64,000 bases of DNA from Octopus sinensis (Eukaryota), in contig NC_042998.1 in NCBI RefSeq assembly GCF_006345805.1, positions 133,114,001 through 133,178,000 of the forward strand. Direction: 5' to 3'. Shown here one piece after another: positions 52,641 through 64,000 of the stretch (the first letter of the stretch is position 1; the number at the start of each line of letters is the position of its first letter). A program made the translations under genes and the position numbers. Below the pieces are notes generated by a model. The model saw only the letters and a list, made by a program, of their open reading frames with translations. It did no database searches and had not been told where the DNA came from.

Positions 52641-53664
52641 AATTTATAATAATCAAAAATTAGAAGAGACATACATACATACATACATACATACATACAT
52701 ACATACATAAACGTATGCGTGCATACGTCATAGCATTTATTATTTGTTTATGTATGGCCGATTCTTTAAGATTCTTTGTTTCTAAATCCTGGTCATGAAC
52801 TCCTACGTGCAATCGTTTTTGTAGGGCTTCAGGTCGATCCTGTTACTTTTAGTGAAATTGGTTTGGTGAAAACTGTGCAAAATGAGGATTGGAGAAGCCT
52901 GTGCCAGCGATTGTGAAAGTCTCTTTAAATGTGGTTACCTCTTCGGATGATCTACTTCATGATTTCTTTCAGCGTACATTTGTCGTTGGATTACTCAATT
53001 ACTGAAATAATGGTTCATTGATTAGATAGTTATTGAATAATAGTATGGGACTATGTAAGCATGCAAAAATATTACAAGTGTATAGAAGCTTAGGTTTGAT
53101 ATTTAAGGATACTGCGTAATTAATTTAAATTTAAAGCATGTCTGCGGTGAATGCTCGCTGCAAAGATGATTTGTTTTCTATCTACGAGTAGTCTTCAGCA
53201 GATCTCCCGTTATGAAAATTTGAGTGGGACAATAACTGTTGTACTGTGGGTATTAACAGATAGATTAAATGAATTATCCTTTAGTGAAGCTAAGACTTTC
53301 TATATAAAAGAGCTAAGTTTATTTGAAATTAGATCGTTGGAAGATAAAGCTCTCTTTGGAGCATTGGTCTATCGCATGTAGCTTCAATCATAAGATTATT
53401 TACATTCGGCATAACCGTAATTTCTTAATGCTTTCTTAATGCTTTCTTAATGCTTTCTCAGTGAATGACATGTATTATTCCGAAAGATAAATTCAGTGCC
53501 CTTCATGCGGGACGAACATTAAAGTATCAATTGTAACAAGCAGTTTGGAAAGTCAAAAACACGTTTTCTTTCTCTCTCTTAACAACCTTGCCACCACATA
53601 ATTGGTCGATCTAAATAAACATTGAACATTTAAGCAAACATACACACCCCTATCTATATATATA

Positions 53665-53695
<31 letters not shown>

Positions 53696-53719
53696 AGATA
53701 GATAGATAGATAGATAGAT

Positions 53720-53757
<38 letters not shown>

Positions 53758-53778
53758 GGATGGATGGATGGATGGATG

Positions 53779-53861
<83 letters not shown>

Positions 53862-55353
53862 TGTGTTGTTTTCTAGTACACTTAAAAATGTAACTGCACA
53901 TATATTTAAATAGCTCTATTGTCTGAGAAATGTTTACGATTTCTTGGCAACAACGTGCACTCTGTACGAACCACTCATGTGTTGAATAGCTACGCCATTT
54001 ATTGTATAACATAAAATTAGAACACATGTTTGTGTGTATGTGCGTATGGCGTATCTGGGGAGGTTTATTTTGCCAGTAAAAATATACTTACTAGTTCCAT
54101 TTCACTTATGTTGAATATTATTAGACGGCGAATCAACTAAACAATCAATTAAGTAATCGACTTTTTGACTAATCGTTTGATAAAACAACCAGTTTTTTTG
54201 TCGGCCATTCACGCCCTCTTTAGTGTGGTGCTGTCGTTACTCCATGTTGTTCGTGTTGCATTGAAAGTTTTGCTTACATTGTGCTGACTTTCCGAAGCAG
54301 GCGACCCAATATTTAAAGAGACGAAATCAACGACGAATGAAGAGAGACTTTCATCTATGTTCGTACTTTGCGACGTCCTTTTCAATGAAATTGTATTTAC
54401 TTCATTTTCTTGAAACTGAATACAATGCCAAGCTGAATTTTTGGTTAAAATCTTTGTTTTTGATTATCTTATCTTACCTTATGTTTTTGCCTCTCTCTCT
54501 CCCTCTCTCTCTCCCCTCTCTCTCTCCCCCTCTCTCTCTCTCTCTCTCTGCGCTCTTCCTCTCTTTCTCTCTCTCTGCTTTTCTTTCTTTAAGAGCCAAA
54601 AACCTTAGAATCTACTTCCCATTTTATCCATCTATTAGAGTATTAGAGTTACAGTATATGTGCTATTTATATCCAATTTGTATTTGTTTCTTCAACCAGC
54701 TCGAATGCTTCACTGAATAAAATTCTTTGTCTCTTTGCTCTATGTTCAGTTAATACTATCCATAGAACTAATTATTTTCTTTATTGATTTATTTAAGTCG
54801 ATTGATTTAAATATTTTAGTACGTGTTTATTTATTTATTTATTTATTGTAATTTTGGTTTGCTTGTATACTCTCGTTTGTCCCACCTAACTTGTATTATT
54901 TAACTATATAATTCCCTAGAAGCATTTGTTATAAATCTACTGGCTCTCTGAATTGAGCGACCCCGTTGTTAAAGAGATGAAATCGTTTTGATCTTCAATC
55001 TACATCTGATGAACGGAGAGTTGGATTTATGTTTGTGTTTTTCCACATCCCTCTCAATGAGCTTTTACGTATATATTTTTCTCCTGATTGTAACGCCACA
55101 CTCAATTCATATACAAACACACACATACATAGACACACGCACACACGCGCGCACATACACACACGCGCGCACATACACACGCGCGCGCACACACACACAC
55201 TGAAAAAACATACACATATCTATACATATGCATACACGAATTCATATAAACATACACATAACACATGTATCCATCTACCCATCCATCCACTCATCTATCC
55301 ATCCATCCATCCATCCATCCATCCATCCATCCATCCATCCATCCATCCATACA

Positions 55354-55387
<34 letters not shown>

Positions 55388-55588
55388 AAGACATGTTTAT
55401 ATGCTACAAATACATAGGTGTTCATGGAAATATACAACGAAAGTGCTGTAAATAAAGATAGAATAACCCGAGAGGAAAATAAAACAGTCGGTGCTCGCCT
55501 CTCGCGACAAAACAATGATTGTAGAACCAGTGTTGATACCGACATTTACGATACTTGACTGGTCTGTAGAAGAATCCTCTCCGTAGAA

Positions 55589-55938
55589 CAGCGTTTCTCA
55601 ACCTGGCTTTCCCGGAACCCTAAGGTTCCGCAAAAGTTCCCTGGGGTTCTGCGAGAAAGAGTGCGATATGCTAATGCTAATTTCATGATCGTAATATTCC
55701 TATACATGCGCAACATATTATTGGTTATTGTAATATTGTAATATAGACATCCTAACATATTATGTTATAAAAAGACTCATATATATGTGTGTGTGTGTAT
55801 TATATTTACCTCGTGAACTACGATGAAAAAATATGAGAAAGATATGGTTTATAATTTTTTTTTTCTGGTGCAGGGGTTCCTTCAGACATGTAATTCATTT
55901 TAAGGGTTGCGCAGGGGTAAAAGGTTTCAGAGACACTG
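55589..55938. mobile_element. hAT-type MITE
   Basis: Imperfect TIRs CAGCGTTTCTCAACCT and CAGTGTCTCTGAAACCT. The 8-bp flanks CCGTAGAA and CCATAGAT match at 6 of 8 positions. Confidence 0.72.
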
Positions 55939-55964
55939 CCATAGATATTAAAACATGCATGATG

Positions 55965-56200
55965 TCTTCAAGAGAAATATGACATAATATTTTCACCTTG
56001 GGGCTCGAAGGTTTTCACAGTCTCTTTTGTATTTTTAAAGTAATCTGTTTCTGGATTGCAAACACATAGCCTTCGAATGTGATGTGATTTGGTAATCTCA
56101 AGTCCAAGAAAAGTGCACTTCTTGATATGTGTCATCTTAACGTCTTTGAGAAACATTTTGGCAAGCTAGGTGTTTTTGGAAAGCCATATCGATAGGCTCT
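55965..56200 (-). mobile_element. RLE LINE family 2 fragment, inverted
   Basis: The reverse complement aligns with about 56480-56665 and 51870-52020 (CACATCAC..GAAG(G/A)CTAT..GTTTGCAATC..TATGTCAT(A/G)TTTCT). Confidence 0.72.
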
Positions 56201-56449
56201 GCCTGAGAACAGATGAATAAGGGATATGCCTGATACCAGTGCCGGCAGCTTTCGAAGGTCATATTGTATCTCTCAGATAGGGCTTACCAAACAACAGTTG
56301 CAAAAATTAGTATACAAACGTAGTGCTGAAAAGCGAAGAGAATAACATCTTACGAATGGGCACTGAACACCTCAGGATGTATTCTTTCTCTGACGGCCTT
56401 TTATGCAACTCTCAAATAGCTGAACTAACACCAGAGAAGATATGAATCA

Positions 56450-57185
56450 CTCAGCATACCAAAATTACTTTGTATGGCTATATTTCCCGAAGTCCAGTTT
56501 CCATGGAGTTGAGACTGCCACATCACATCACACTTCGAAGACTATACGTTTGCAATCGGAGTAAGGAGATTGCTGCAAAAATACCTAAGGAACAAAAGAG
56601 ACCGCGAAACCCTTGTAGCCTCAGTATGCAACCGGAGACGTCGATTATGTCATATTTCTCTGACAAACATAACATACGTGAACGAGGTACTAAATCTCAA
56701 TGCGGCATAACGTTCTCGCTAAAAGCAATATGCAATCCCTTTCGAAAGAATGTCTTGACATAAATATTGGGAATCAACACAAGGAATGTTGGTGGAGCAA
56801 TCTCATCAAGACTTCTATCAAATGCAAACATAACAAACATAACAAATTGGATAGAGTTGTTTGGGACAGATAAATAAAAATATGTACTGACTTGGTGGTG
56901 AGCTGTACTTCGAAACTATTTGTTACTATACCCAGATTATAAATTCACATTTACACTAAAAATAACCGGTGCTCTTGGTTTTGTTAGTAAATGCCTAAGT
57001 GGTAATTTGGGGCAGGTAAAGTCTTCAGAAAAGAAATCAACTAACTGATATGCACGTTACAAATGCAGTCTGTAAGCAGAGCAGTAAAAATTATGTGAAA
57101 CAAGTTCAACATGTGACATTGCTTTTGTTACTTGCCTTCCAATAACGTAGCTTTGTATCTTCGTTAGAAACCAACACCCTCCTTA
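56450..57185 (+). mobile_element. Degenerate RLE LINE family 2 fragment
   Basis: Homologous to 51858-52640, including ..GGTGCTCTTGGTTTTGTTAGTAAATGCCTAAG.. and the 3' UTR motif GCTTTGTATCTTCGTTAGAAACC. Confidence 0.75.
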
Positions 57186-57752
57186 CAGAAAGACTTCAAA
57201 TAATAATAAAAAGAAGAAAAAAAACAGAAGATAACATAACATACATATATACAAATATGTGAACACACATATACAAACGTGCATAATACACACACACATA
57301 CATATAAAATTCGTTTCGCCCAGTTTTGAGATATACAGTGTATTTTCACACTCTACTTCATAAAGGAACGAAATAGCGCAGCCTGAAAGCGTATAAGAAA
57401 AACATCATATGCATTAAGAATGTGATATCAGTTGTTGTTTACATTATTAGACGTGTTTCTAACTTAAAGTTTAAGCTTGCTTTATTTACGTTGTAGATAT
57501 ATTTTACGGTATTTGCATATAACTCAGACCAGCGATTTAAATTCATTTTCTGAATGACTCTAGTATACGGTGCGGATGAGGTGAAGTAACTGCGAAGAGT
57601 AACGTTCTACATGTTAAAGGAACTCTCCCCGGATGACATACAGCAGCCTGAAAACGTTTAAATGTAACGCATAGATTATGTTTGAGACATCAATAATGTT
57701 TACACTAATAGTGTTGCTTCTAACAACTAACTCTTTCTCTCTCCATATATAT

Positions 57753-57784
<32 letters not shown>

Positions 57785-57814
57785 ATATATATACACATAC
57801 ACACTTACACATAA

Positions 57815-58109
57815 GTGGAGGCGCAATGGCCCAGTGGTTAGGCCGGACTCGCTGTCGTAGGATCGGTTTCGATTTCAGACCGGGCGTTGTGAGTGTTTAT
57901 TGAGCGAAAACATCAAAAGCTCCAAGAGGCTCCAGCAGGAATGTGGGGTGGGTGACGATCCCTGCGGTACACTTTCGCCACAACTTTCTCTCACTCTTTC
58001 TTCTGTTGGCCTGCTCACTTAGCCAGCGGGGTGGCGTCATTTGAAGGCTAAAACAATGCGAAGCGCATTGTGACCAGCGATGTGTAGCAACATCCTATAG
58101 CCAGGTCGG

Positions 58110-58112
<3 letters not shown>
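57815..58112 (+). mobile_element. tRNA-derived SINE family C, full length
   Basis: Head GGAGGCGCAATGGCCCAGTGGTTAGG (A-box-like) and GGTTTCGATTTC (B-box-like). The body is shared with 38818-38948. Confidence 0.8.
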
Positions 58113-58160
<48 letters not shown>

Positions 58161-58401
58161 TACATATACATATTAAATTTGTTTATAGGTAATATTTTTT
58201 TTAAATATGCAATAAAGCTCCTATTCTGCTATGCTGGCCAGTCTGGTGAACCAGTTTTTGAGAATTGCATCGAACTGTACCGATATATAATGTAGGATAA
58301 ATGTAATAATGGTAAGAACAATAATCCTTGCATGGAATTTATAAACATTAAATGCTTATAAATTTCATCCAATGTTTATTGTTATTATTACACACACACA
58401 T

Positions 58402-58465
<64 letters not shown>

Positions 58466-59202
58466 TTTAAGGTGGTACTCCAGGATGGTCGCAGTCAGGT
58501 ATTATATATATATATTATATATATATATATTGATAAAAATGGTAACGCAACAAAAGAATGAAAGAGACCTCGATATTATGTAAATAGAGGAATTTATCTG
58601 TAAATGTGGCAATTATTCGGTAGCCATGATAAAATATATATATATATGTATGTATGTAACTATGTATGTATGTATGTATGTATGTATGTATGTATGTATG
58701 TATGTATGTATGTATGTATGTATGTATGTATGTATGTATGCATGTATGTATGTATGTATGCATGTATATACAGTATATATCTTGACGATGAGAAATTGTC
58801 AGATAGCCAGACAAACAGACAGAAGTGATAGTTGCTGAGATGATCGTGAAAGTGGCGGTTATGATATAAAAAGTAATGCTGTTTGGTTAGTCTTAGCTGG
58901 AGCAAATAAATTTAAATGGGATTTAAACCAAGAAACACAACGAAAGGCTCGGAGCAGGGGTTGGTGATAAAATGGCAGTCGTTTGATTGTGGTGGTAGTG
59001 GTGGGGATTCTGGTCGCGTTTGTGAAGTTGCTGATGGCGATATCAACTAATGACCTATGATGTCGACTCCACTTTCTCCTCTCTATTTTCTCTAATTCTC
59101 TCTCTCTCTCTTTCTCTGTCTCTCTCTCCCTCTCTCTTCACACACACAAATATATATATATATACATACATACATAAATACATACATACATACATACATA
59201 CA

Positions 59203-59238
<36 letters not shown>

Positions 59239-59919
59239 TCACCTACAATAAATGATTGGTATTTATACATACATTGGGATACTCACACCCACATATACAC
59301 TGGGAATTAATGCCAATCCCGGTTCACAAACCATTTTACATTGATCAAAAAGAATAATACTCTTTAATACTTTTCATCAACAATGCCGCCATCCACCCCC
59401 ACCATTTCTCATCACCACCACAAACACCGCTGTCACAACTATCACCACAAGCATCAGCATCACAATCAACAGCACCACCACCAACCACATCACTACCATC
59501 AATCATCATGACCACCACAATCGCCAATACCAGCGCCTCCATCATCGTTGTTCTTCCACACTAGGAAGCCACTGCTGCCACCATCAATATCAACACCATC
59601 ACCACTGTCATCATCACCATCGACATCAGTGATACCAGCATCAGTGAGTCAAGGGAGAACCACTACGTGGTCGCTCAGTAGCGGCTAAATGTACGTCATG
59701 TCGAATTCTATCGTGTTTGAAATGAACACGTTCGATGTGTGGCACGCGTTTTCACGTAAGGAAAAAATAAAACGTACTTTGCTCTTATGCTTGCTTGATC
59801 AATGATGGCTTGGCACTAAGCAACAGTAACATCACCTCCACTACAACCACTACAACCACATCCAGCAACAACAGATATAATATCAACATCACCATCCTCC
59901 ACATCCTCATCCTCTGTTA

Positions 59920-60240
<321 letters not shown>

Positions 60241-60649
60241 TCGTCGTCGTCGTCATCTTCATTACTTCCGCTATTGCTAGCTCTTCATCTATACCAACAT
60301 CTTTACCGCCAGCATCACCATTGTTATTACCATCGCGATCACAACGTCCTCCATCACCACCGCCATCATCACCAACTCCAATATCACCATCTGTCTTCCC
60401 ATCCTTTAATAGTGTTGATCTGTCATTCATCGCTATGGTGGTAATGTTGATGGTGGTGGTGGTGGTAGTTTCGGTGGTGGTTGTTGTTGATTTTCTTGTT
60501 GCTGTTGGTGGTGGTGGTGGTGGTGGGGTAGATTTGGTGCTATGGTAGATGATGACAGAGATAATCTTCATTTTATAGGTGTGGTGTTTGTGATACTGTT
60601 GGTGATGGTGGTGGCGTTAGAGTAGAAAGAGAAGGTGGTAGTGGTGGTT

Positions 60650-60659
60650 GTAGTAGTAA

Positions 60660-60701
<42 letters not shown>

Positions 60702-60706
60702 CAGCT

Positions 60707-60783
<77 letters not shown>

Positions 60784-60785
60784 TA
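60650..60785. repeat. (TAG)n-(CAG)n-(TAG)n compound microsatellite
   Basis: Read directly from the sequence. Confidence 0.95.
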
Positions 60786-60889
60786 TGATAATGTTAGTGG
60801 CTATGGTGGTTTTAGAGATAAAATATTAAATATATCGGTGGCAGTAATGGTTATGATGTTGGTATGGTTGTTTTGGTAGTATATATGTG

Positions 60890-60937
<48 letters not shown>

Positions 60938-60954
60938 TGTAAGTGTGTGTGTGT

Positions 60955-60996
<42 letters not shown>

Positions 60997-60997
60997 A

Positions 60998-61272
60998 CAG
61001 TGTACATTTAAACATATAAGAGGCATCAATCATAGGACTCCTTGCACGCTAGAGAGAACTATGAGCGCGTCTTGATGTACCTGCTGAAGAAGACTTCGCC
61101 TAGCAAATTATTTTATTTGCTTAAAATAGTCTGAAACCATTGGTCCTGGAGTTAGATGGTAAATATTTTTATTTTTCATTCCCTTCGAAATTTTATCCCT
61201 AATAGTGGTTTTCAATTTAATTGTTCAAGGAGTCCTATGATGGATGCCTCTTTTGTGTTTAAATGTACACTG
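60998..61272. mobile_element. Tc1-type MITE with 47-bp TIRs and TA target duplication
   Basis: TA|CAGTGTACATTTAAAC...GTTTAAATGTACACTG|TA. The TIRs at 60998-61044 and 61226-61272 differ at 3 positions. Confidence 0.88.
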
Positions 61273-61486
61273 TATTTATATGAATAATATATAGTCTATT
61301 GACTAAATTTTTACACGCTAGGCCACTGCTAATGGAAATTTCTAATATTTCTAATTACCTTTTGATATTATATATCTATATATAATGTGACAATTAATCG
61401 GTTGGTATTATTATGGCAACTGACTAGTTGTCACATATATTATAGATAAATTCCTCAGAAGCCATGAGAGTCACTACCTGGTATTG

Positions 61487-61547
<61 letters not shown>

Positions 61548-61549
<2 letters not shown>

Positions 61550-61696
61550 GTTGGCGCGATGGCAGAATTGATAGCACGCCAGGCGATATGCTTAGCGGCA
61601 TTTCGTTCGCTTTGACGTTCTGAGTTCAAATTCCGCCGAGGTCGACTCTGCCTTTCATCCTTTCGGACTAGTTGAACACAATAAATTAAGTACCAG
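61548..61696 (+). mobile_element. SINE family A copy between (ATT)n and (GGT)n(AGT)n arrays
   Basis: GAGTTCAAATTCCGCCGAGGTCGACTCTGCC. The tail is replaced by trinucleotide repeats. Confidence 0.85.
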
Positions 61697-61710
61697 TGGT
61701 GGTGGTGGTG

Positions 61711-61772
<62 letters not shown>

Positions 61773-62704
61773 TGTTGTTGTTGTTGTTGTAGTTGTAGTT
61801 GTAGTAGTAGTAGTGATTGTCCATAATAGTGAGATAACGGATGTTTGCGTCACCAAAACCCATAGCATTGATATCCTCACCGAATTATCAACTACTTTAA
61901 ACACAGTTCAACAACAGTAACAAAAGCAGAATCAGATGCATACATCATCATCTCCTGGTATTATTTAGTGAGACTGCTGCTGCTGCTGCTACTGCTGCTG
62001 ATGATGATGATGTGATACAAGAGTTTCTGTTGGGTCAATATGTCAGCTGTAATGTTGACGCCGACTCGTTCATTTATTCAAAGTCATTATTGTATAATGA
62101 TCCTTTGGTTGTGTTATATAGTAAATCTATTGTAGTATATTACACGTTTGAGTCGACATTGAGTGTATAATTAGATTCATTCGGTAAATGTAAACAGACG
62201 CTGATACAATCTCCCTGATCACCCCCTATTTTCATCTTTTTATTTTCATTTTTATTTTGTTACCCATAGAGAGATTGTTAAAGTTTGTGTTTACATTTGC
62301 CTATTGTATCCAATTAGCTGACTAAACCGTGTACTAAAACAATACATTTTCTCTTTAGTTGAATTACAGTCTAAAAGAGTAATTGACTTATTTAACAATA
62401 ATTAATTCATTGTAATTCTTTACATAGCTAGGATCAAAAAGTGGTGTTTCTTTTCAGCGTCAGAAGCTACATCAGCCTTCAACAATTACTGGAATTCTAC
62501 AAAGCTGAGATGAACCTCACAATGGTGTAAAATAAAGCAAGTACCAGCTGAGCACTGAGGGGGAGGGGTCGATGTAATCGGCTCACTGCGAACCTGTTGC
62601 CCTTGTGCCAAATTTTGAAACCATCATTAATATTATTAGACACAGCAACTAAGTCCTTGCACTAACCACTACGTCAACTTCTGTCTTCCCCAAACGTCGG
62701 TCTT

Positions 62705-62790
62705 CTACGAGGGTAACCCCAAAAGTAAGGTCTCCAAAAATATGTAGAAATCACAGAAACGTTTATTGTCAACGATGTTTACATCATTTT
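62705..62790 (+). mobile_element. Possible mariner terminal fragment
   Basis: Begins TACGAGGGTAACCCCAAAAGTAAGGTCTCC, resembling mariner TIRs. No partner TIR was found. Confidence 0.4.
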
Positions 62791-63658
62791 GAAGTTTGAA
62801 CATTTATCTATTTCCCTACCAATTTGGTCGATGCACGCTATTTCGAGCACGCTGAGAGATCATTTAGAGGCTACAGCACTACTTGTTAAAAATAATTCAT
62901 TATAAGGACTATATTTTCCAAAGCACCCCTCCCTTTTTAGTGCAGCACTGTATGATTTGGGGCGAATTGGCTGCTATTTCGAGCAAGTCGAGAAATCACT
63001 TAGAGGCTTCAGCACTGCTTGTTAAAAAGAATTCATTGCTATTTGAAAAAAAAAATCTCTTTAGCTCACCATTGTGTAAATAAAATTGTACACTGGTGTT
63101 ACTTTCGTTACCGTTAATATGCCAGTGTAATGGATACGCCTGTTCAGCTTGTTAGTTTGTTAACCTTTACGTACATTTGAACCTGTATAACGGTGGGATT
63201 TATCTCATTTTCTAAAAAGAATTCTTTTTATAGCACATGTTAAAAGTAGGACCACTTGAAATTAAACATGAAATGCATTAATTTAACATGAACAGATGTC
63301 GATCCGTCCATCTTTGAAAAAGAGAGAGAAAGAAAGAGAGACAGAGAGAAAGAATGGGTGGGGATGCAGAATTACTAGAGTATTTCCCGTCCTCTGTAAA
63401 ACATAGAGATAAAAAAGAAAAAGTTGTCAATGATGGTGATTTTAGAATGAGGGAGTGTTATTTTCCGAGAAGCTTCCTAATGGTGATTTGATCCTCCTCA
63501 AAGGTCAACTTGATTATGAATATATATATATAATCCTACACACACACACACACACATACACACACACGTGCACACACACACACACACACACAACACACAC
63601 ACGTGCACACACACACACACAACACACACACACGTGCACACACACACACACACACGTG

Positions 63659-63689
<31 letters not shown>

Positions 63690-64000
63690 ACTCACACACA
63701 CTCGTATTCGTATTCTGCGAATCATATATGAGCGTAGCTTTTGATCCAGACAGTTACATTTTTTTTGTTTTAGCGTTTGGTCTTTTTTACATTTCTCTTT
63801 ACAAAATTTTCTTTTCTCTTTGAAGTGAATAATAATAGACCATTCGTAATGCTGGCCTTTAGACTCTTGAGAGAAGGAAGAAAGATCGTTGATGCTAGCG
63901 AAACCGCTCTTAGTCTCTGACCAATGGTACCCGCTTATGTTCCCTCTCATGTTCAAATGCAAATGTCTGGAAGATATATTTCTATTATAACACAACAGAA

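Noticed and set aside
53422-53460. Short 11-bp tandem repeat (TTCTTAATGCT) x3, and CRISPR-like arrays in general
   Set aside because: The units are contiguous with no unique spacers, the context is eukaryotic, and no cas genes are present.

Overview
An AT-rich, microsatellite-dense eukaryotic window. The tRNA-headed SINE families and repeat style point to an octopus or other coleoid cephalopod genome; this is inference from recognised repeats, not a database match. No host protein-coding gene can be supported. Almost all listed ORFs are translations of (TA)n, (CA)n, (CATA)n, (GATA)n or trinucleotide repeats. The recognisable coding remnants are all transposon relics: a maT/Tc1-mariner element (16.5-17.8 kb), two mariner fragments (34.9-35.5 and 46.5-46.9 kb), two families of RLE-type (R4/Dong-like) LINE fragments, and a Penelope-like element with RT and GIY-YIG remnants (49-50.4 kb). 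The window also has three non-autonomous Helitrons, several MITE/foldback elements and many SINE copies. The most interesting signal is a young 1,046-bp non-coding element at 26241-27286. Its two 263-bp direct repeats differ at 2 positions, and each carries all three hammerhead-ribozyme core strands with perfect stems I and III. The strands occur in an order matching none of the type I/II/III topologies, and stem II is non-canonical. A canonical minimal Penelope-type hammerhead lies at 39005-39039. Coordinates of degenerate repeats are approximate.
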